A DNA stretch of 56,589 bases, filler included, from Jimgerdemannia flammicorona (GCA_003990765.1; 3 parts of 3 records of this genome joined end to end with filler, not necessarily neighbours in it); one strand, 5' to 3'; shown: positions 23,830-35,439, counted from the whole stretch's first letter. Notes: generated by a model from the sequence alone, not told the origin. Numbers and translations: made by a program.

Positions 23830-26800
23830 CATTGGATCAGACAAACTGCTCACCCTTAAGGCTTTTGTCAATGGAGCACCTGTCAAGATTATGATAGACA
23901 GTAGTGCCTCAGGCAACTTCATCAATGAAGAGACAGCCAACAGACTCAAGGTCTTCACCTCTCCAGTACAGCAAACTCAAGCAGTTGCCACAGCTGATGG
24001 AACCTCACATGTTATTAGCAAAGAAGTCCACAATCTACCCTTCTGAATTGGCAACTACTGAGTACATGTTACCCTCTAAATCGTACCACTTCCTGACAAT
24101 GAAATCATCCTTGGAACTCCATGGTTAAAACAAGAGAACCCAATGATTGATTGGGTAAACCATTCTCTGACCATCAAGAAAGGATGCCACAACTTAAACT
24201 ACAAGGCAAAAAGGACCCACTCAACTCTAGTGACTCTGGACCAAAGATCACCCACATCAATAAGCTACAACTCAAAAAATTGGCCAAGAAATGCCCTCTC
24301 TTTGCTATCTCCATCCGCCCATCCAAAGGAGAACCTGAGAACTCTGAAGAAGATTTTTCCAAAGTTGACAGCCATGTCAGACCACTACTCCAGAAATTCT
24401 GGGACATATTCCCAAAAAAGCTCCCGAAAGGCCTACCTCCCAAACGAGCAGTAGACCATGCAATCAAGACTATCCCAGATACCAAACCAGCCTTCAAGTC
24501 AATCTACCACATGTCTCCGAGAGAAATCAATGCACTCAAGAAAGAAATTGATGAACTCCTAGAACAAGGATTCATCAGACCCAGTGTATCACCCTATGGT
24601 ACACCAGTCCTCTTTGTTGTCAAAAAAGGAGGAGACCTGTGAATGTGCATTGACTACCGTGATCTCAATAAACAGACCATCAAGAACTGTTGCCCACTAC
24701 CGAGGATTGATAAAATATTTGATAGGCTCACTAACACACAATTCATGAGCTCTTTTGACCTGCGAAACGGTTACTGGCAAATTGCCATGAAAGAAGAAGA
24801 TATCTACAAGACAGCTTTCCGAACTCGCTATGGACACTTTGAGTTCCTGGTTATGCCCTTTGGCTTAACTAATGCTCCAGCAATCTTCCAGACACTGATG
24901 AATACCATTCTGCATCCATACTTGGACAAATTCATTATTGTCTATATTGACAACATCCTAGTCTTCAGCAAAACCCTGGAGGAACATCTTGAACACCTTG
25001 AACTAGTACTACTGAAACTCTGAGAAAACCGACTCTTTGCAAAACTCAGCAAGTGTGAATTTCTTCTAAAAGAGATTCAATTCCTTGGACACATTGTCAC
25101 TCCAAATAGAATCAAAGTGGACCCCAGCAAAATCTCTGCAATCAAGGATTGGCCCACACTCAAGAAGCTAAAAGACCTCCAGTCATTCCTGGGATTAGCA
25201 AATTATTACAGGTGATTTGTTGCCAACTTTGCTAAAATCGCTACTGCCTTCACCCAAATGACCAAGCACAGCAAGAAACAAGAACAACTCTGGACCATGA
25301 AACAAGAGAAAGACTTCAACAATCTTGTAAATTGGGGACATGAGCAAGATACCGCCTTTCAAGCACTGAAAGATACCTTGATAACCACTCCAGTACTTCA
25401 AGCAGCAAACCCTGCCCTACCATATGAAGTCACTACTGATGCCTCTGACCTAGCTCTCGGAGCAGTGCTCATGTAAGAAGGACACCCTGTGGCCTACCAC
25501 TCCCACAAGTTCAATGATGCCGAAATCAACTACGCAACTCATGAGAAGGAAATGCTAGCCATCATAGACACTCTGATCAAATGGCAACCATACCTAGAAG
25601 GAGCACACTTCACTGTATTAACTGACCACAAGTCATTAGTCAACATCAAGACACAGGCTACCCTTTCCCGAAAGCAAGCCAGATGGATGAAAGTCCTCAC
25701 CAACTTTGACTATGAAATCCAGTACCACCCTGGTAAGGAAAATATTGTTGCTGATGCAATCTCCAGACCACCAATCAAAGAGATTATCCAAACTCTGACC
25801 TTGGTTACCAACACTATCATGGAACAAATCATTGCAGCATGTATTGATGATAAGGAAGCTCAAGTACTCTGAGAAATCCTGAACAATGATAATGCTGACA
25901 AGCATACCCAGTACAATCAATACCAACTCAAGGACAATACTATCTACTACAAGAACAGATTGTATGTTCTGAACAACCGAGACCTCTGAAGGACTATCCT
26001 ATTCAAATGTCATGATGCCCCTATAGCTGGACATTTAGGATTTGACAAATGCTATAAAGTTATCTTCTGGAACTTCTATTGGCCCTGCATAACAGATCAG
26101 CTCAAAACCTACATCACTTCCTGTGATGTCTGCCAACAAAACAAGTCCTCAATACTAGCAAAACCTGGCTTACTCTACCCTATTCTGGTACCATCTGCAA
26201 ATTGGGAACAAATCTCTATGGACTTTATTATACAACTACCCCGAACTAAGAATGGGAAAGATGCAATTGTTGTCTTTGTAGACTATCTCAGCAAACAAGC
26301 CCACTTTGTACCTACTACTACTACTGCAACAGTACCAGATATAGCCACACTCTTATTTGACAATATTTTCTGCTATCATGGTCTTCTTAAGATCATTGTT
26401 AGTGACTGAGATCTGAAATTCACCAGCCACTTTTGGAAAGCCCTCCATACATACCTTGGAACAAAACTTGCACTATCCACAGCCTTTTACCCAGAAACTG
26501 ATGGTCAAACTGAAAGAATGAACCGAACTCTGGAACAAATGCTAAGGAACTATGTTTCCTACAGACAAGATGACTGGCATGAATACCTCACCACAGTTGA
26601 ATTTGCCTACAACAATAGCAAGCAAGCCTCTCTTGGAATAACCCCATTCTTCGCCAACACTGGACAAAATCCAAACACCCCTTTGACACTTATCCGAACC
26701 ACTGAAGAACCCTCTACAGTCAAAGCTGTTGAAGAATTCTTACTCCGAATGTGCAATTTAAGCCAGATTGCTATCGAGAATTTATTACGAGCTCAAGAAC

Positions 26801-27285
26801 AACAATCACAGTATGTTAACCAACACTGCCGAGAAGAAACTTTTGATATTGGAGAAAAAGTTCTACTGGACATCAGAGGATATCGAGTTGACAACCTCAA
26901 GCACAGACTATCTACAAAGCTGAACAGCAAGTTCATTGGACCATTTGAAGTTATTGTACAAGTCTCTCCAACCTCCTACAAACTGGTGCTACCAGACACC
27001 ATTAAGATTCACCCAGTCTTTAATGTTCAATGTCTCAAGCGATACAATGACAATGATGATGAGCTATTTCCAAATCAGACCACCAAACCACCTGCACCTG
27101 TCATCATTAATGACCAAGAAGAGTATGAAGTTGAACAAATCCTCAATAAATGTAGCAACAAGAGCCACCCTGAGTATCTTATCAAATGGAAAGATTACCT
27201 GATCTATGATGCAACCTGGGAACCCAAGACCAACCTTCAGAATGTTACCGATCTAGTTCAGGAATATGATTCCTTGAACAACTAG
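23830..27285 (+). pseudogene. pol of element B: protease, RT, RNase H, integrase, chromodomain
   Basis: [99 protein letters not shown]...YLIKWKDY..YDATWEP. Confidence 0.96.
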
Positions 27286-27694
27286 AACCAAATATTCCGC
27301 ACCCATCTACACATACTATATTATCCTCCTGAACATTATAATTATTGTGAACCAAACCAAGAACTCAGCAAAACAAGACAAGAATACTGAATTCCTGGAA
27401 AAATAGCAAAACTGAAAGCAAGCCTATTCTCTCTATACCACTGGTGGGAAACAAGGCATAGACATTTAAGAAGATTCCTTAGAGGAAATTCTCCAGCAGT
27501 GAATGACGTCAGAATCACTTCTGGTATACAGCATTGAACATACAACTCTTTAACATGTGAATCCAACGTATTAGGCAACTGTACTACGAGCATGCCACTT
27601 TCTGAGAAAATAGACCTTACCAGACTTTTGACCTCCCAAATGGTGTAACAACACTAGAACAAATTAAAAGGCCCCAACAAGGACATTGAAAGCT

Positions 27695-27707
27695 AAGAAG
27701 GGGAGAG
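27695..27707 (+). promoter_or_regulatory. Polypurine tract of element B
   Basis: AAGAAGGGGAGAG just before the 3' LTR start TGTAAG at 27709. Confidence 0.85.
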
Positions 27708-27899
27708 TTGTAAGTACACAATCTCCAAGCCACCGAAATTACATATCACCCTCTGAACAAGCCACTAAAATTACACGTGACCTCCGAACAAATCTGGAAA
27801 TCACCTGCTTGATCATGAAGCTGAGTCAAACCAAAGTTACAGCTAGTGCTCCGAACAAATGGAGTTGATCCGGATGAGATTTGATTCAGATTCGTCATG

Positions 27900-28066
27900 T
27901 GATGGATTCGAATCAACTCAGATTGGTCTCGTGATCTGATCCGGATTGATCCAGATTGATCCAGATTGATCCATCTGGATTGATCCATCCAGATTGATCC
28001 ATCTGGATGATCCATCCAGATGATCCATCCGGATTGACTCATCCGGATTGATCCATTCGGATTGAA
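27900..28066. repeat. hAT left subterminal repeats (GATTGATCC(A/G)G-like)
   Basis: Direct short repeats next to the TIR. Confidence 0.85.
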
Positions 28067-28266
28067 ATCTTTGGTGACGTCACTCTTTCTTTTGTTTATT
28101 TCGCTCTTGTTTTTTTTTCTGCCATACTTTGGTGATATCACCCTTTCCTTTGTTCTCTCTCTTTTCTTTGTTCTTTTTCTTTGTTCTTTCCTGCCGCATC
28201 ATGAGCAAATAAAACAGCAGCCCTTAATTCATATATTAGTCCAGTCTACTCATTTTTCACCCTACA

Positions 28267-30325
28267 ATGATTGTCAAAAGAGGGAGTATTCAAGGTGGAA
28301 ACGCACTCTCTGCTGACAATGTTAGATTCTTTCTCATATGGACAGCACACAAGCTGCTCATCGAGAGCCAAAGGGGTGATGGCAGTGGCAGTGGCAATGG
28401 CGATGGTGGGGATGAGAGAGAATTCCAGCAACAACTCATGGTGGCCCTTTCAACCTTAGAATTCACAGACCTCACAGCTATGTATGCAGCAGCCTTTTTG
28501 GAGCAGCCGATAGTAGATGTAGGTTGCTCACTCAGCTGCCACTTATTTACTTATATTTATTTATTTAAACTTCTCCAGCATGATCCAATTCATCTCATGC
28601 TTTTCTTAGGGTCTACAGCTCTACGGCGAGATCTGCCAACTTTATTCGCAACATCTGGTCAAGATGAAGAAAGGCTGGTGGACATTGCAGGGCATGCCTT
28701 TGGTGGCTGAGCTGTTGAGTCAATGCATCACGTGGTGGAGGTCTCAAAAGGAACAGAAGCAAGCCTTCATGAGCAATTCTTGTGCAACTTGTCGGCATGC
28801 AACTTGTCAGCATGCAACTCATCGGCATATAGCTCACTCACTCATGCTCTTTTTCTGAAATACCCATCTCCGTGTTTTATTTAATTTCATTTTTACATGG
28901 TCTCCCCCTAAAAAACACCCACACCCACACACAACCTGTATGCAATCCATCCGCATGCAACCCACCCACCCGCATGCAACCCGCCCACCCGCATGTAACC
29001 CGCCCACACACAACCCACCCACAACCCGCCTGCATGCAACCTGCCTGCATGCAACCTGTCCACATACTTATCTCGGTCCCTCAGATCAGGGCTCAGTTCT
29101 ATTGGAAAGGAGAGTTCAAAGTTACCTGAGTTCAACCACGTCTGGTGTCTGATCAAATAGAGAAATTTGAGGGCAAGATATTCAGCATGAGCAGTACCAG
29201 CATCATTATCAAGGCTTGGGGGTCTACATTCGAATCAGAGCCAATTGTACTCAACCAAGGGATCCATTGGCCAGCAGGAGTAACCAACGACAAAGAGAAC
29301 TATATCTTTATTAACGAACATAGAGAGGTGGTTGCAATGGTGGTAAAGAACCTCTACAGTGACGAGCTTCGCCACCATATCAATGAGATTTGCGAGAATT
29401 GCGTCAAATACCAGGTAGCAGGGAAGAGGGGGTGAAAAAAGCAAGGAGGGGGGGTTTGGACAGGAATTGGGTATACTGCAATACTGGCGAAGGGTGGGTT
29501 CCGAAATCCCCCACACTCGTCTCCCTTTTTTTTTAACCCCTTCCCAGATAAATCACACTCTTCACTGACATACTCTTTTTGATACAATTCTAGAGATGCA
29601 CAAGATTCTGTACCCCTACCGGAACTTTAGAAGTACTGTCAAAGAGCAAACTATGCGCAAGCACAACACGGTCTATGCGGTGATGGCGGCTATGATCTGG
29701 GGTTCTTTGAGCAGATTGGTAGAGCATACGGCAGGCCAGCTTGGTGGTGATCTCGGCACAGCTGTACATACGTTCTTGGCACAATTTAACATGCCGTATG
29801 AGGTGAGGAGCTCCGCTTTTTTGGGGTACTGCAGCCTGGGGGGTTTCTGCAGCCTGGGGGGTTTCTGCTCCCTGAACGCAAAAAGGACTGACCAGTTGCC
29901 ATCCGTTTTAGCAGGTTTCCAAGCCGGGGCTCCTGGGGCTGGACTAAGGGCAGGCATCCACCAGCACAGCCTGGCAGTATGAGGTCCTGGGCCAAGGGTT
30001 CACCTAACCATATGCTCGCATCACATCAGGATATGTTGGGCGCAACCTTTCTCTGCCCATACACACAGATAACAATGTCACCCTGGTAATGTTTTATGTC
30101 CTGGAAAGGAAGGGCCCAACCTGGGAGGATAGCGGCAGAGTTTGGTACAACCTCACCTATGGTTTCGGAGTCCCGTTTGTGGCCAACACAGCTGTCCTAT
30201 TCCAACCACATGACCACCATGGTACTGTCGCCTTCGAGGAGAGCTCGGACACAACAGTCATCGCACTCACAATGGATGACAGGCTCATCAAGGCCTGGGA
30301 CCGGCGGGTGGAGCAGTTTTTGTGA
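28267..30325 (+). pseudogene. Spliced cargo gene, putative TET/JBP-like Fe(II) dioxygenase
   Basis: Exons 29085-29493, 29594-29802 and 29912-30325 join in frame via GT-AG introns. They give ...KRG(R)KKQGGGVWTGIGY...SGYVGRNLSLPIHTDNN...GRVWYNLTYGFGVPFVANTAVLFQPHDHHGT...VIALTMDDRL. HxD at 30062-30070, distal His at 30218. The link to upstream exons (28267 to about 28760) is inferred. Confidence 0.7.
28930..29060. repeat. Intronic minisatellite (GCATGCAACCCGCCC-like)
   Basis: Degenerate direct repeats upstream of the acceptor at 29084; related CATGCAACT units at about 28780-28825. Confidence 0.7.
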
Positions 30326-30610
30326 GGGTTAGGCAATCTTTCATAAGGGTTAGGCAGCCATTTTGTACAGGTTGGGCAGTCTTATGTGGGGGGGTGGGGC
30401 CGGGCGCCTCTTATGTAGCACTAGCTTAGCCATTATATAGGGCCCTATCGGCCCCTCGGCCCTGCTCTATAGTGCTGCTGGTGCAGCACTACAGCGCAGG
30501 GCTGGGGTGCCCATGGGACCCGAACCGGCAACTTCGACCACCGGAAATGCCCTCTGACTGCCAGAAGCACCCTCTGACCACCAGAAGCACCCTCCACCCT
30601 GGACTCCTTA

Positions 30611-30925
30611 GTGGCTTGGGGCTGCCCCTATACCACTAGTGGAGGGCCGCAAATTTTGCGTGCTCCCTCTGCCTGCCCCGCCTGCCAACTGACCCCGCCC
30701 ACTGACCCAGGCACTGACAGCTTGGGGCTGCCCCTTGCTGCTGGTGGAGGGCTGCAAATTTTGTGCACTCCCTCTGCCTCCCCCCCCAACCTGGACACTT
30801 GTGGCTTGGGGCTGCCCCTTGCTGCTGACGGAGGGCCGCAAATTTTGTGCGCTCCCTCCGCTGACCCGCCTACTGACCCGCCCACCAACCCAGGCACTGG
30901 CAGCTTGGGGCTGCCCCTTGCACGC
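30611..30925. repeat. GC-rich tandem repeat between the convergent cargo and transposase genes
   Basis: GCTTGGGGCTGCCCCT at 30614, 30720, 30804 and 30903; the first three are followed by GGAGGGC(C/T)GCAAATTTTG. Confidence 0.9.
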
Positions 30926-31072
30926 CCCCTCTGCTGCCGCCGCCACCAACTCTGCTCCACTTTGGCTGCAAACTCTGGGCCGAGTCCTCAGGTTTTTTTT
31001 TCCTTTTTATTAATTTGAAAGGTATTAAATATTCCACAAGGCCAACCAACTTATCCACAGACCCGCCAAATT

Positions 31073-33615
31073 TTAGCGGCCCGAGCCCCACCAAGACTTC
31101 AGACACATACATGCCCAGATTGTCTCAGCATTCAGCACATACCTCTTTGGGGCAATGAGGTCCACCCCACCTGAGAACACCTGCTCGATGAGAGCGCTGG
31201 AGACAGGAATCGCCAGGTAGTCCCAAGCCATACCACACAGGCTGGGGAAGTCTGTTTGACACAGCTGCATGCCTCAGTGGATAGAGTGGTGGTTAGATTG
31301 GTGGGTTAAATTGGCCCAACGCCTGCCTGACAACCCACCTTCCACCAGTTGAGCACCTCCATGCCCTCCAGCAGGACCACATGGTCGCTGGCAAGGTAAA
31401 TGGTAAGTTCGTCTATTGATGGCAGCTCTTCCACTGATGGCTCCCTCTTCCTCTTTCTGCTAAAGTAAATGTGAGACAGGAGAAATCCCTTGGTATATTC
31501 GTCTGGACTTTGGCCAGAACCTTGCGGCGGTGCATAGTTTTTCCGGTACACTTCAATTACGGCCTGCTTGGTTCTCTCAATGAAGTACTACTCCCAGCCC
31601 TGATCTTTATGGTATTGTAGCTTTAAGCGTGGGTCCAGCACTGTTTGAAGAAAGGAGAGTGAGTTTTTGTGGGGTTTCCTCTGTTTTGGAAGGGGCAACG
31701 GCCACACGCCAACATCGACATATCTGTACTGATTGAGTATATGGTAGTATCTGTTTGGGTGTAGTATTTTCTAAGCTTGCTTAGAGCAACAACCATGGTG
31801 TCTCTCTGATCCGGGCTTAACTGTAAATCACTGCAACCCTCCAGCCTGTCCTCGAGCTTGTCCTCTAGCTGGTCAATCAGAAGGTTGTATACCAGTATCG
31901 CAGAGCTTATTGTTGAGGTCATTTATTTGACTATATCCTTTATACAATCGTCAAAACACTGGCAGTTATATGTGGTGAGATATTGCACTGTGCGGAGGCA
32001 GACAAAATGAGTATAGAGCCAGGGCAACCACCACTTACTTCCAAAACTCTGACAATATTCCTAAGTATGTCTCACTCGCTTTCACCTAGAGCTTCGGCCC
32101 GTATTTCCTTATCAGCAGCCATCGTTGAATCTATTAGCTTTTTTTTTTTTTTAAAAATAAATCTTCCATCATCTAAAATAGTTGCTTCAGCTGACCAAAG
32201 AAAAAAAGGATACATACCACAGCAAACTCCAGTGTGCGCTGGATCATTGCAAATGTTGAGTTCCAATGTATACAGACGTCCAATATAAGCTCTTTCAGGG
32301 CTAAACTGATTGCTCTATACTGCGCAGCGAATTTGTCTCGTCATTGTGGGGATGATCGGACCGACACAACCAGTTTGCGCAGCTTGGAAATTATACTCAG
32401 GGCCCCTCCTCTCTTGGATGTTTTGTCTATGTGCATAAGATAGTCCTGAATAGCGAGGTTCAGTACGTGGGCCTGGCATTGCACATGGCAGCTTTCTGTA
32501 CTGAAGGCCATGTTTTCCTGTTTGAGGCTGGCTGCTAAATCTTGGAAAAATATTGAGTTATTTGTGGCATTGTCCATCGTAATGGCCAAAATCTGTACTT
32601 GAAATATTTGGTTGACAAATTTATATGAAAATAAGTAACCAATAAAATCTGGTTTGGTTTAGGACCTCTCTCAAAATGCCGACCTGACGGCAAGCCCCCC
32701 TTTTTTACCTTGGTGGTGATCCCAAGCTCCCGGATACAACTAATAAAAGCATCTATGATATTGTCTCCAGAATGAGGGCCAGCAAGTTTGACGAAGTCAA
32801 GGGTGAGAGATTTAAGCTGCCAATCGAGGTCAATCTAATGACCGGTAATGCCCAGAAATGAAATTGCATTGGGGGATGTCCATGTGTCGATCGTAAACGA
32901 AATTTTGCCTGCCAAATTCTGCTTATTGAATGTAAGGTTAAATTGGTGAGCTCTTTTGTATAATTCAGCTTGCAAAGGTCATGGTGCTGCCCTTATTTTA
33001 CCTGAAGTGTCTGGCAGAGATTGTCATACTCCTTCCTATAGGCCTCCAGGACATCTTTGCAAATAGTATCGGCACTTGGCAAATATAAATCATGCTTGAG
33101 GAGGCCAAAGATACTATGCAATTAATCACTCTCGATGGTTGTGAATGGCTGGTCTGTGCACACAATCCAGTGAATGAGCCGATTTCGAAATTCTGCCAAA
33201 GAGTATGGCTAAAATTTTTGATTAAATGGCGTTATTGGTACAGAAATGGTCAGGCAATCAGATAAACGTACCCACCATAGCTTAGATGTCGATTTTATTT
33301 GTCTCTGTGTTCTTTTTGATTTTGTCAGAGTACTTGTCTTTTATGTGTCGATTTATGTTTGAAGTCGTACCCCCAAGCATTTTGAACTTCTGGCTGGTAC
33401 AGTTCATGGGGGTGGATGAAACAATATCATGTATGTGTCAAAACAATATCATGTGTGTGTCAAAACAAAGTGTCAATAGGTGTGTCTTAATTTTTTACCT
33501 GCAATAATTACAAACAACATCATCTCCTATCTTAGTACAATGCTGCCAGATTTCAGAGCAAGGATTGCGTGGAAGGTGTGGAACTATCAGGGATGTTTGA
33601 CTTGAAGCATCATTG
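31073..33615 (-). pseudogene. hAT transposase with BED zinc finger, multi-intron, with stops
   Basis: SEIWQHC...VVCNYC...GTTSNINRHIK (BED); DQPFTTIES; SFTIDTWTS..AISFLGITGH; HSGDNI; ITMDNATNN; CQAHVLNLAIQ; LDVCIHWNST; VLNWWK; FPSLCGMAWDYLAIPVSSALIEQVFS (dimerisation). Start approximate. Confidence 0.95.
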
Positions 33616-33744
33616 GTACTGTGAACTGTTGAAGACTGATCTGTCGATATGTGTGTTTGCGTATTTGCGTGTGCATATGTATGTGTGTGTGTGTATGCAT
33701 GTGTGTGTGTTATGTTATAGATGCATCTAGCATATGAGTCATGT

Positions 33745-34110
33745 GGAGGATTTGGATTGGAGGATTTGGTTGAAGGATTCGGATGAGGATTCGGATTGAA
33801 GGATTTGAATTGGAGGATTTGAATTAGAGGATTCGAATTGGAGGATTCGAATTGAGTGATTCAGATTGAGTGATTCAGATTGAGTGATTCGGATTGAGTG
33901 ATTCAGATTGAGTGGTTTGGATTGGAGTGGTTCGGATGGGTGATTCAGATGGGTGATTCGGATGGGGCAATTCAGATGAGGCGATTCAGATTGAGTGATT
34001 TGGATTGAGTGATTCGGATTGGGGTGGTTCGGATGGGTGATTCGGATGGGGTGATTCAGATGGGGTGATTCAGATTAAATCTGAGTTGATTCGGATGGCT
34101 TCAGATTTGA
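33745..34110. repeat. hAT right subterminal repeats (GATTC(G/A)GATTGAGT-like)
   Basis: Many degenerate 13-15-bp direct repeats near the TIR, preceded by a (TG)n microsatellite at about 33650-33710. Confidence 0.88.
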
Positions 34111-34341
34111 GATTTGAATCAAACCGTCATGTGATGAATCAAATCCGGATTTGATTTGAATTGACTCATTCGGAGCACTAGTCACAGCATACAAAGCTGA
34201 GTCAATATGAAGTCACAGAACACAAGGTTTACATAAATGAAATCTTACTAATCAGGACCAAATACATATATACCAAGTACCGAGACATGTCAAATCAGAG
34301 AACCAACACAAACAACAACCACAACTTCTAAACACACAAAC

Positions 34342-35439
34342 ATGACCACTGAGATCTACAACTGTATCCGTGCTGACATTTGGAATGCTATTGTCAACCG
34401 AGCCACACCCCTTCTGCCCCTCATGAATATCCATAGCCTAGCACCCCTCTACTTTGTGGAAGCCTGATGGAATGCTCTGAACATGCTTAGCGAGGCCCAC
34501 CGAATCGGACAAATCTCAAGCTACTACCAGATTGGCCATCTCCTGGAAGACATGGTCGAACACTACCATGATACAGACATTACCCAGATGTCTCAACACC
34601 AGAAGCTCATCGCCCACAAACATTGAGAACTCTTCTATGAGTATAGTACCATTATTCCCTGCCTCCAAGTTACTACTAGTGAAATGATTGCTATCCTGTC
34701 CTATGGCCAAATCGATGACATGATATAAGAACTCAACCACAAGTACCTCGAGTACATCGAAACTACAGACAGAACCTTCCCACACCCCAATGATCAAATC
34801 CTGCAAATGCCCCAAGTTGGATATGACATGAAGGACATCTACGATATAATCCACTTCAATGAAGATAAAGCAGAAGACAATGATCCCTCTGATGCCAACA
34901 TGACCTCTAGCCAAGGATCACTGCCAACCCTGATCACCCCGTCAACCTTGCCGATAAACTTACAACAGTTCATAACTGCATACAAGACTTATTGGGACAA
35001 TGACCACTGGCATGAATACTAATCTGCATTCACCCCCAATTACTTCAACTACAAAGAAGAAACCAGAGAACACAACCTGTACCTTCAGACAACCCTCGAG
35101 ATTGAACCAACCACTTCACCACCCGAGTACGAGTGATAGGAACCACAGCCGCCAGCATACTATAACCCTGCAACTCACAGTGCCATAACCTATAGAAGGT
35201 ATGCAGACAGCGAATCCAATGAAAGCGAAGACAATATACCCATCCTTTGCCCACCAACATCTTATCCAGCATACAAGACAGACGATGCTATCCTATAGGA
35301 TGGAGACGAAGTTCCAATGTACTATTACCTCAGTGAACAAGGAGAAGTAATCCGCGAACTATTATTCCTAAACAACTACTTCATCAGAGATGATGCAATC
35401 AATGATGATGTCATCGAAGACTACCCAGACAGTGCCTAA
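34342..35439 (+). pseudogene. Uncharacterised 365-codon ORF inside LTR U3 (3' copy)
   Basis: ATG 34342 to TAA 35439 is 1098 nt with no net frameshift. Most internal stops are sense codons in the 5' LTR copy. Confidence 0.78.

Larger units (their letters stand above)
27844..34180. mobile_element. Complete hAT DNA transposon (6337 bp) carrying a cargo gene
   Basis: Perfect 12-bp TIR TAGTGCTCCGAA / TTCGGAGCACTA. 8-bp TSD GTTACAGC (27836-27843) / GTCACAGC (34181-34188). Empty site visible in the 5' LTR at about 19267. Subterminal repeats and a hAT transposase. Confidence 0.96.

Noticed and set aside
29596..29982. 128-aa ORF as a standalone gene
   Set aside because: It is an internal exon (29594-29802) reading into an intron; the splice-compatible frame continues to the HTD motif.
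30611..30925. Repeat-spacer-like GC array and its overlapping ORFs
   Set aside because: The intervening sequences are homologous to each other, so it is a tandem repeat; the ORFs are by-products of high GC.
33745..34110. Regular short repeats that might suggest a CRISPR array or telomere
   Set aside because: No unique spacers, degenerate units, eukaryotic context, and position next to a hAT TIR: these are subterminal repeats.
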